From contig JAITCP010000157.1 of assembly GCA_031283025.1 (NCBI GenBank), forward strand, positions 3,175-67,174: DNA of 64,000 nucleotides, read 5' to 3'. Below the pieces are notes generated by a model, which worked only from the letters and a program-made list of their open reading frames with translations, did not search any database and was not told where the DNA came from. Source of the DNA: Spirochaetaceae bacterium (GTDB lineage: Bacteria > Spirochaetota > Spirochaetia > Treponematales > Breznakiellaceae). Both the position numbers and the translations under genes were made by a program. This document shows, piece after piece, positions 25,720 to 33,365 of the stretch. Within the stretch, counting starts at the first letter, position 1, and every line of letters begins with the position of its first letter.

Positions 25720-26466
25720 ATGGAGATCGGTTATACCCTGTGGACTATGCAGGATATCTTAAAAAGCATACCTTTTGACAAGCCTGCGGGGAAAACCGTT
25801 CATTTAGACTTTTCCAGGATGGAAGTTCCTTATTATGTAAAGAACTGGTTTAAAGTCTCCATTTTTTATGAAGACGACACGTTTCCGGTAGATGCAGTCT
25901 GTTCTATTTTTTCTCCTCAAGACACGGTTACCATTGTCATAGTAATTAAACGAAAATTTGAGGATGCGTTAAACAGATGGATAAAGAATAACGATGCTTC
26001 TATCCTTGATCTTTGTTATAGAAGAAGGGAGCTATATAGCCACGAAACTTCACATCTTATCGCAATTATCAGGTCGTATCCAAGCAATCGTTCTCAAAAG
26101 GTACGAAAGGATTTTGAAGCTAAAATAAGGAAAAAATTTTATGATTCTATCGGTACAGATCAAAGCATGATGGATTCAGGTTTTATTTCACAGGAAAAGC
26201 CTAATGATTCCCCTTCGGATTTTGAAAAAGACCATTTTTGTTATGAAAACGATAATTTGAACTATTTTAAGTTATATGCCGAATTGATGCTTCCTTATAA
26301 TACTCTATATGACTCACTAAAAAAGGTATGTAGTACCAAGAAACCTGGTGATTTTTTCTCTATTGGAGAAATCCTGGAAGGGACGCTTGTAGAGCCTTCA
26401 TTTTTTATAAAATTTCCCGACAAAGAATCCGAAATTAGAAGTATTCTGAAAGAAGGTTTTAATTAA
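25720..26466 (+). CDS. Putative HExxH metallopeptidase-like protein (ImmA/IrrE, M78-like motif)
   Basis: ORF track 248 aa. RRRELYSHETSHLIAII resembles the M78 signature (rr.F..aHElgHl). The rest of the protein is not recognisable. Confidence 0.55.
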   Translation: MEIGYTLWTMQDILKSIPFDKPAGKTVHLDFSRMEVPYYVKNWFKVSIFYEDDTFPVDAVCSIFSPQDTVTIVIVIKRKFEDALNRWIKNNDASILDLCYRRRELYSHETSHLIAIIRSYPSNRSQKVRKDFEAKIRKKFYDSIGTDQSMMDSGFISQEKPNDSPSDFEKDHFCYENDNLNYFKLYAELMLPYNTLYDSLKKVCSTKKPGDFFSIGEILEGTLVEPSFFIKFPDKESEIRSILKEGFN

Positions 26467-26516
26467 GCTGATTCCTGTTTCCGCCTGACTCCTGTTTTCC
26501 GGACTTCCTTCCCTTT

Positions 26517-26581
26517 TTTGAAGTTTGTATAGCACAGGCGCAGTACTACCTGCCCGATGGTAAAAGGAACCATGGCGGCTA
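26517..26581 (+). pseudogene. Remnant of a paralog of the C-terminal domain of gene 22862..25129
   Basis: gcacaggcgcagtactacctgcccgatgg (26532-26560) vs gcccaggcccaatacttccttcccgatgg (24731-24759): 24/29 identical. Four of the five differences are synonymous in the AQAQY(Y/F)LPDG frame. The fragment then ends at a TAA. Confidence 0.4.
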
Positions 26582-26591
26582 AACCTTGCGA

Positions 26592-26618
26592 GCCGTCCCT
26601 TCGGGGGCGGCTTTTTTG
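26592..26618 (+). terminator. Rho-independent terminator
   Basis: gccgtccc ttcg ggggcggc followed by ttttttg. Confidence 0.7.
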
Positions 26619-26620
26619 TC

Positions 26621-26695
26621 GGGGAAAGGGGGGATTGATTATTAATAAAAAGTATCGTTTCCGGTTTCAGGAAAAACGCGGTACATTGCCGTTAT
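26621..26695. repeat. G-rich direct repeat, right copy (split by ~52 nt)
   Basis: ggggaaagggggga (26621-26634) ... tgccgttat (26687-26695). See left copy at 25265-25290. Confidence 0.5.
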
Positions 26696-26700
26696 ATTGC

Positions 26701-27294
26701 CTAAAGAGCGCAACAGTCTTTCACATTGGGCAGCCTTGTATGGTTCTTAAAATAATCGTAATCGCTGGTAACCTTATCTTTGACATAGAAAAACTTCTTG
26801 GCTTTTTTCTTGAGTAAGTTTGTTTTTTTTATGTATATACCCAAATATTCGGGATGATCTTTTGTTTGGGGAATTTTAATTTCCTCAATTTCATTTTTGT
26901 TGGCAATCATGTATGCGTTGAATACTCTTTGAATACATATTTGCTGTTTATGGTCCAAGCCGCAATTTTTTGAAAAAAAGTTTTTTTTCGTTGTAAAGGA
27001 ATCAGAAAGAATATCAAGCTGGTTTTTAGCAAGTGCTGTTATATGATTTATATTACATCCTTCTTTATCACAACAGGGAATATCCGGAAACTGATTGCAG
27101 TTAATAAAAAATAATACTTTTTTTTCATTTTTTAAAAGGTCTTTGGTTTTTTCATCTTCAAAAACCCCGTTGGGGCCGGTAAACGCCCCGTTCTTATAAA
27201 GATCGATAATTGAAAGCACGATTTTTTCGCAAAAAGTATCGGTAATATGCGAAAGAAACTTATCGTTCCCTGTCTCAAGAAAAACGCAGCACAT
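26701..27294 (-). CDS. Hypothetical Cys-rich protein (197 aa), second gene of island operon
   Basis: ORF track 197 aa: MCCVFLETGNDKFLSHITDTFCEKIV...INCNQFPDIPCCDKEGCNINH...DCCAL. Starts 1 nt after the stop of 27296..28012. No family recognised. Confidence 0.6.
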   Translation of the reverse strand: MCCVFLETGNDKFLSHITDTFCEKIVLSIIDLYKNGAFTGPNGVFEDEKTKDLLKNEKKVLFFINCNQFPDIPCCDKEGCNINHITALAKNQLDILSDSFTTKKNFFSKNCGLDHKQQICIQRVFNAYMIANKNEIEEIKIPQTKDHPEYLGIYIKKTNLLKKKAKKFFYVKDKVTSDYDYFKNHTRLPNVKDCCAL

Positions 27295-27295
27295 T

Positions 27296-28012
27296 TTACA
27301 GTTTACCTTTAATTATCTTGTTAAAAAAGCGCAGTAATCCAGCTTTTGATTTTCCTTTTTTATATGGAATCTTGTCAAGATCAAGGAACATATTAAGGCG
27401 AAACCAGGTACTCTCTGTGTGAGGGAACTCGTAAAAAAGATATTTATCTTCTACAAGCACAAAATGAATAGGCCTGCGCTTTTCTGTATTAAAGGATAGT
27501 TTTCTGTCAAGAAATCTGGATATGCCAATCATGTTGGGTTCGGTTTCATTTGCCTGCGTAATAGCCTGTACCACAGCCTTTTTTCCGCATAAATATAACA
27601 GGATGGAAATTACCGTTTCCCGTAGATTGGGATTGGACCGCCAGAAAGAACCGGATACCAGGGTGATTTTTTTACCTTTGCAGTCATAGTCGGAGGAATT
27701 CAGGTTCTGCAGGAATTCAAGCAGGGACGAACCGCCGTAACGGCTCAGATCGAAAATATAGTGCATGTGCATATTGTCCCTTTGTTCCCATATCCAGTCT
27801 TCCTCGCCATTGATAAAGCTAAAAAACGTTAAAAATGCCTTGTACTGGGAGGGGCCGGGCGAACTTATGCCCCTGTATTTTGGTTCGTCCTCAAGCTTCA
27901 TTTCCCCCCTTTTTAGGGCCAAATAATTCTCTTTGAAGCCTTCCCACAGCTCAGGAATCAGTTCTTGTGCATCTTCAGGATCCCTTTTGGGAGCAATGCT
28001 GTTACATTCCAT
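27296..28012 (-). CDS. Hypothetical protein (238 aa), first gene of island operon
   Basis: ORF track 238 aa. No family recognised. Sigma70-like promoter immediately upstream (see promoter feature) with only ~11 nt between the -10 box and the ATG. Confidence 0.6.
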   Translation of the reverse strand: MECNSIAPKRDPEDAQELIPELWEGFKENYLALKRGEMKLEDEPKYRGISSPGPSQYKAFLTFFSFINGEEDWIWEQRDNMHMHYIFDLSRYGGSSLLEFLQNLNSSDYDCKGKKITLVSGSFWRSNPNLRETVISILLYLCGKKAVVQAITQANETEPNMIGISRFLDRKLSFNTEKRRPIHFVLVEDKYLFYEFPHTESTWFRLNMFLDLDKIPYKKGKSKAGLLRFFNKIIKGKL

Positions 28013-28023
28013 TTATAAGTGAG

Positions 28024-28052
28024 ATTTTACTAAAATTTACCCTGTTTTGCAA
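28024..28052 (-). promoter_or_regulatory. Sigma70-like promoter of the 27296..28012 / 26701..27294 operon
   Basis: On the minus strand: TTGCAA (28052-28047), a 17-nt spacer, then TAAAAT (28029-24). The ATG at 28012 is only 11 nt beyond the -10 box and no SD is present, so the leader is very short or absent. Confidence 0.55.
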
Positions 28053-28204
28053 GAGGATTTTACAAAATCATTGAATTTTTTTTCCAAAATGCCCCAAAAG
28101 GGTGCCAAGCGCCATTTAGTCGAGTGAAATTTCCCCTCTGTTATATACCTAATTCAAGATATTGTATATTCTTTAGCGCCTGGAATAGGGGTACTTTGAA
28201 CCCA

Positions 28205-30679
28205 ATGCGATTATTTTTGAACAAAATCGGTAATTGTGTTCTAATCGTGGCAATCATTACAATCGAAGGTTTGTTCACCCTTACCTGTAAATCGGAAACG
28301 CCGGATGTCAACAGTTCCGCCGCCGATCTGTTTGAGGTAAGCATAGGGACTGAAAAAATAATCAACATAAGGCTGGGCGCTGATTCTGAGCAATGGGAGC
28401 GCCCTGCTTTTAATATCAGAACCATGCGGACTATGGATATTGAACTGGAAGGTGCGGCGCTGTCCAACGCCCAGGTCCGGTTAAATGTCAGCCAACGGGC
28501 AAAAGCCCGGTTTGCCCGCGCTTCTGACGAAGCCAAGCCCGATACCTTTTCAACTGAGGCAACATGGACATTCGCCCCTAACGATTACCTCTATATTATG
28601 ATTACCAGCGGAGACAACAGTAATGTTAACTATTACCGGGTAAGGGTTGTTTCAAAAGATGCCGATGTCCGGCTTGCCGCGCTTAGAATCAACAGCGCTT
28701 TGGCTGTGCTTGGCCTCCCCGGGAAAACGGCGGCGGAGGCTGTGCAGGGTTCTATTACGGTTAAAACCCTGTCAAATACCGGCACTGTTACCGGTGCGCC
28801 GATTATCGCTGTTAAACGAGGCGCAACAGCCCAGGCGGCCTTTGCCGTTGGCTCATCACCAACAGAGGAACAATTCAGTACGGTTGTTCCCGCCGCATTA
28901 TCAACCAACAATGTTCTGTGGGTAAAAGTTACCGCAGGTCAAGCGCTGTACTATTACCAGGTAATAATAACCATAAGATACGATGCCGGTTTTGGTTTTG
29001 GCGAGAGTGATACCGAATGGAACGATGATGCCTATAACGCGAATTACCGCCGCTTCCCCAATGCCCCTATTAACGGTATTCTTGAATACCCTTGGGGCAG
29101 CGGCACGGATAATTATTTTGATACAAACGCGCCGCCTTCATACTGGAACGGCAAGGGACACAACCACAAATACCCGGACTTGTTCCACTTTGCCAACGGC
29201 AACGCGGTTAAAAACATTGCCGATTGGGAAAACCGCCGTAAAGAAATCTTTAACATTCTTCAATACTATATGCACGGACGTATGCCGTCGATTGAACCCG
29301 ACGTATTGGAGATTGAATGGGCTGATACCGGTAATACCTGCTCCATCAGCCTGACGCATTTAGCAAGCGGTAGAACAGCCGCGATAAATGTTACCCATAC
29401 TCCGCCTTCGGGCGCTGTTAAAGACGCAAAGGACAGAATCCTGTGCTTTGGCGTGGGCGGCGCGCCGGGCGGTTCCCGGCCCGGTTGGGGTACCGGTAAT
29501 TTTAACACGGCTTGGGGCGGCTCTGAAGGCGACAGAAGCGGAACCTGCGCAGCCCTGTACGGCCTGAACGTCAGCGCTAAAGATACCCCGTCTGTGAACA
29601 TGGAATACGCGTGGGCCATGAGTGTCATTTTGACGGTACTTGAAGAAGGCGGCTTGAACGGCTACTACAATCCCGCCAAAGTCGGCATTTACGGTTTTTC
29701 ACGTTATGGTAAAGCCGCCCTGTGTATCAGCGCGTTTGCCCAGGGCCGTAGCGGCAGCCAGGTAGGTATAACCTTTGTCGGTTCTTCCGGCTCAGGCGGC
29801 GCCGCGATTGACCGCTGGATTGCGCCGATGGCTTACAAAGATTTTGCAGAAGACCCGCTTCCCGTTGACGGTGTTGGCGCAAGAGCAAGGGCCGATCTAA
29901 AGGGAACAAAGTGGTTTTACAATAAAATCGAAGACGATCATAACGCGGCAACTGCAATCCGGGCAGTCCGGGGTTGGGCGGCAAATACGCCCGGTATTCC
30001 CGCAGGTTCGCACATTTACGGCGAATATGATCCCGGTATTGCGGGAAGTTTTACGCGGACAATGATGGGCGAGGGGGACTGGAATCAGATACAGCCTTTA
30101 GCGCAGTCGCGTGGTGAAACAAGCGGCTGGTTTAACGCGCGTTTTTCGGATTTACAGGACTTGCACACAGGGCTTGCTTTGGACAGAGACAATCAGGCCG
30201 GCGTTTTGTGCACCATGCCCTTCGACGCGCATTTTATCGCCGCCCTGGTTGCCCCGCGCATTATCTATTATCAGGACGGCTACGACTGCCTTAGAACCAA
30301 TCCGGAAAGCCAATGGGCCGCCTGGCTTATGTGCGATGAAATCTACCAGATGTACGCGGAGGAACTCGGCGATCCGCTCATTATCTGGCGGAACGCTGTC
30401 AAAATGTACAATATTGGACATATGCATTATGACTACCAGAATCAGGATGAATACGATCTGGTGGAAGCGCTCTATTCAGGCCGGCAGCCCAATGAAAAAT
30501 TCCGCACGCCGCAGTTCCCCGTTGACGATCCGCGCTACCGCTGGGACTTTAACCGTGTTGACTGGGGCCGCCCAAACCACCCAACCATTGCCGAGCGCGT
30601 CAGGCTGATGCGTGAAAGCCCGTACAAAGTTAAACCCTTAAGTCTTAAGGGATTATTAGATACACCGGAACGACTTTAA
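28205..30679 (+). CDS. Lipoprotein carbohydrate esterase family 15 (4-O-methyl-glucuronoyl methylesterase-like) with N-terminal cadherin-like domains
   Basis: ORF-track ORF 28124..30679 (GTG). I prefer ATG 28205 (MRLFLNKIGNCVLIVAIITIEGLFTLTC). Domain ends YLYIMITSGDNSNVNYYRVRVV and VLWVKVTAGQALYYYQVIITI. CE15-like: WENRRKEIFNILQYYMHGRMP and nucleophile motif IYGFSRYGKAAL (G-x-S-R-x-G). Confidence 0.75.
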   Translation: MRLFLNKIGNCVLIVAIITIEGLFTLTCKSETPDVNSSAADLFEVSIGTEKIINIRLGADSEQWERPAFNIRTMRTMDIELEGAALSNAQVRLNVSQRAKARFARASDEAKPDTFSTEATWTFAPNDYLYIMITSGDNSNVNYYRVRVVSKDADVRLAALRINSALAVLGLPGKTAAEAVQGSITVKTLSNTGTVTGAPIIAVKRGATAQAAFAVGSSPTEEQFSTVVPAALSTNNVLWVKVTAGQALYYYQVIITIRYDAGFGFGESDTEWNDDAYNANYRRFPNAPINGILEYPWGSGTDNYFDTNAPPSYWNGKGHNHKYPDLFHFANGNAVKNIADWENRRKEIFNILQYYMHGRMPSIEPDVLEIEWADTGNTCSISLTHLASGRTAAINVTHTPPSGAVKDAKDRILCFGVGGAPGGSRPGWGTGNFNTAWGGSEGDRSGTCAALYGLNVSAKDTPSVNMEYAWAMSVILTVLEEGGLNGYYNPAKVGIYGFSRYGKAALCISAFAQGRSGSQVGITFVGSSGSGGAAIDRWIAPMAYKDFAEDPLPVDGVGARARADLKGTKWFYNKIEDDHNAATAIRAVRGWAANTPGIPAGSHIYGEYDPGIAGSFTRTMMGEGDWNQIQPLAQSRGETSGWFNARFSDLQDLHTGLALDRDNQAGVLCTMPFDAHFIAALVAPRIIYYQDGYDCLRTNPESQWAAWLMCDEIYQMYAEELGDPLIIWRNAVKMYNIGHMHYDYQNQDEYDLVEALYSGRQPNEKFRTPQFPVDDPRYRWDFNRVDWGRPNHPTIAERVRLMRESPYKVKPLSLKGLLDTPERL

Positions 30680-30696
30680 ATTTTTGGAGGATGAAC

Positions 30697-33354
30697 ATGA
30701 CAAAGTCAGTATTTTTTAAGGTAAGCGCCTTGTGTTTAACGCTGGTGCTGGTCTTTGGGTTTACAGCCTGCGGTGGCGGCGGCGGTACAACAGCCAAAAG
30801 CAGCGATGCAAAGTTAACCGCAATCACCATTGGGGGAAATGCGGTGGAAACATTGCCGCAGCCAATTAGCTCTGCGGTATGGGACCTGGAAACTTCGACG
30901 CTGGTAGATGAAGAGGGGCAGCCCCTGTTGGAATCTGACCAGACCGAGGAAGTTGTTCTGGAGAGAGATGTTGATCTTTTAGCGATCCCAATAACATTTT
31001 CCGCAAGCTCTGGAGCGTCAGTGGCATTCGGAAGGGCGGCAGGCTTGACTAAACCTGCAACTTCCGGCACCGGCGGAGCCTTTGTTGCCGCCGCCGCCAC
31101 CTATGCGGTGCCCAATAATATGTATCTGTATCTGCGCGTAACGGCGGAAGACGGGAACGTCAATTATTACCGTTTTCACATAACACGAAAAACGCTGGTA
31201 ACAACCCTTTCCAGCCTTACCATCGGCAGTAAGACGATCAGTTTTTCCAATAACAATAATTCGTCAACCGACAATTATGACGGGATGGCTTCAGCAGCGA
31301 TCGCCAACTTAAGTTCGGGCGATAAAACCAACGCTACCGTTACGGCAGCACCAACCAACTCTGACACTACGACAATCCGGTATGCGGTTGTTAAAGGAGA
31401 CGTTACTACGGCCCCTGTTTTTGGTAATAACAATGTCCTTACCTTTGAAGACGATGATACTCTGTATATCGAAGTTACAGCAGCGGACTCGGGCGAAACA
31501 GAGACCCGCTGGTACAAATTCCTGATAATGATTGGCCGGGATGCGACACTGAATACCATTATCTTTGCAGATGATCTTGAAATTGAAAGATTGGGAGTGC
31601 CTTTGGAATCCGTAGAGGCGTTTGATGAGCTTGAGGACGACGACGATGAAACGGTCGGAAAAATGCAGTTTGAGATCAGGCAGCCGCTGGACGGATTTAT
31701 GGTTAAGGCCGTTGCCAACGATGAGGACGCGGAAATTAAACTCAGTCAGGACGGGGTAACCTTTGAAGATATAAATGACAGCAAAATTGCCTTTACTGAA
31801 GGCGATTTCCTGTATGTCAAAGTTACTGCAGGTAACGGAATTATAACCCTGTACTATAAAATAAAAATGGTTCTAAGGCGCTATACTCGTATTATATACG
31901 GTTCGCCGTCAACGTGGAATGTGTCAGGTCCCGAAAATGCGGTTTGGAACACTACGGAATGGATGCCGGTAAACCGCCTTAACAAGACAGAAGGCGCTAC
32001 AGGCTATAACGCAATGGCGGTAAATGAACGTACCCACGGCCAGGTAAAGCTCCTGTGGGACGAAGACGGTATATGGGTCTTTGCCCAGGTGTGGGAAAAG
32101 AACGTTACCGCAAGCGCGGTAACAAGCGATAACCACATGGCAAGCTCGGTAGAATTGTTTATTAACGAGGCGTATTCAGCCGGTGTTAGAGCCGGCAGTG
32201 TAACCGGCAGCGCCAGTAATGGCGGACAGTACCGCCTGGGCGCCAATGGCGAAGTTTCCGGAGCGCCCGATGCGGCGGCTGGTGCCATGAGAACTCTTAA
32301 CCATTACAGCGCTGTTAAATTTACCGCTACACCATCTCCCGACATAAACAGCGCTCTGACATCCGGTTATAAGGTTATTTTCCATGCTCCCTGGCGTTTT
32401 ACCAATCTGTATCCGATTGCGGATCAAAAAGATATTAGTCTGGAATTGCAGATCAACGCAACCGGCAGTGACAGCCGGCGCGGCGGCGTATTAAACTGGA
32501 ACAATGAAAATTCCAACAGCTACAATTCGTTAAAAGATTACGGCGAAGCAGTTCTGGACCTGGCCGGCGGCGAATTAAAAGCCTTCCCGCCGATTATTAC
32601 CGAACAGCCGGAAGGTGAAAATATAGTTAGCGGCGGAGGAGTGATTAAGGCCTTAAGCGTAACTGCGGAGTCGCCTGATGGCGGAAATCTTACTTATCAA
32701 TGGTATTCCAATACTACAAGCAGTGTTACCGGCGGTACGCTCATTGCAGGCGCAACAGACCCAACGTATGCGCCTACGGTAACAGCGGTTGGGATGCACT
32801 ACTACTGGGTAGTGGTTACCAACACCAAAACGAGTAACAGCACTTCCAAATCGGTAAACAGCGCCATCGTAAGAATTAACATTAAGCCTGCAGGTTCTAC
32901 ACCAGACTGGGTTCTTGAATTTGATCCTCCGCTAAGAAATGAAATGCCGGTCAATAACAATACCGATCTGGTAACAATTTTGCTTGATAAATACTCCGGT
33001 GAAACGGTATCAGAAGCGTTTGATATTACCAAATACGCAACCATGAGCATCTATGTAAAAGTCTTTACCAAAAATGGCGTTGAATTTCCGCTTACCGGTG
33101 AAGAATGGAGTATTTGTACTACCAGATGGTATGACGGCTCCGACGTTGAAATGAACTCGGGGGACTACAATGTCGGAAGGCCGGACAAACCGTTCTTAAA
33201 CAGGACAATTCCGGCTGCGGTATTAGACAATTCGACGCCGTTGAAAAAGATTGTCATTCGATCAGGAGACTCGTTCAACGTCAGCGGCAGCAATTCAAGG
33301 AGTTTGGGCTTTATAGAAGTCTATAAGATTATCTTCTATCCGCCGGAAAGTTAA
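30697..33354 (+). CDS. Surface lipoprotein: cadherin-like domains, CBM9-like domain, Ig-like SYQWY domain, uncharacterised C-terminal module
   Basis: ORF-track ORF 30691..33354. ATG 30697 has better spacing to GGAGG. Lipobox MTKSVFFKVSALCLTLVLVFGFTAC. MYLYLRVTAEDGNVNYYRFHITR, TLYIEVTAADSGETETRWYKFLIMIG. CBM9-like: HGQVKLLWDEDGIWVFAQVWEKNV...SSVELFINE. Also LTYQWYSN. Confidence 0.75.
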   Translation: MTKSVFFKVSALCLTLVLVFGFTACGGGGGTTAKSSDAKLTAITIGGNAVETLPQPISSAVWDLETSTLVDEEGQPLLESDQTEEVVLERDVDLLAIPITFSASSGASVAFGRAAGLTKPATSGTGGAFVAAAATYAVPNNMYLYLRVTAEDGNVNYYRFHITRKTLVTTLSSLTIGSKTISFSNNNNSSTDNYDGMASAAIANLSSGDKTNATVTAAPTNSDTTTIRYAVVKGDVTTAPVFGNNNVLTFEDDDTLYIEVTAADSGETETRWYKFLIMIGRDATLNTIIFADDLEIERLGVPLESVEAFDELEDDDDETVGKMQFEIRQPLDGFMVKAVANDEDAEIKLSQDGVTFEDINDSKIAFTEGDFLYVKVTAGNGIITLYYKIKMVLRRYTRIIYGSPSTWNVSGPENAVWNTTEWMPVNRLNKTEGATGYNAMAVNERTHGQVKLLWDEDGIWVFAQVWEKNVTASAVTSDNHMASSVELFINEAYSAGVRAGSVTGSASNGGQYRLGANGEVSGAPDAAAGAMRTLNHYSAVKFTATPSPDINSALTSGYKVIFHAPWRFTNLYPIADQKDISLELQINATGSDSRRGGVLNWNNENSNSYNSLKDYGEAVLDLAGGELKAFPPIITEQPEGENIVSGGGVIKALSVTAESPDGGNLTYQWYSNTTSSVTGGTLIAGATDPTYAPTVTAVGMHYYWVVVTNTKTSNSTSKSVNSAIVRINIKPAGSTPDWVLEFDPPLRNEMPVNNNTDLVTILLDKYSGETVSEAFDITKYATMSIYVKVFTKNGVEFPLTGEEWSICTTRWYDGSDVEMNSGDYNVGRPDKPFLNRTIPAAVLDNSTPLKKIVIRSGDSFNVSGSNSRSLGFIEVYKIIFYPPES

Positions 33355-33365
33355 GGAGGTTTAAA

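Noticed and set aside
26701-26715. C-terminal CCAL of the 197-aa island protein as a eukaryote-type CaaX prenylation box
   Set aside because: A four-residue match is expected by chance. There is no other effector-like feature or secretion signal.
27400-27480. IHFVLVEDKYLFYEF in the 238-aa protein as a phospholipase-D (HxKxxxxD) or PD-(D/E)XK nuclease motif
   Set aside because: The Lys of HxK is missing, and no second motif sits at an appropriate distance. The resemblance is too weak to report as a domain.
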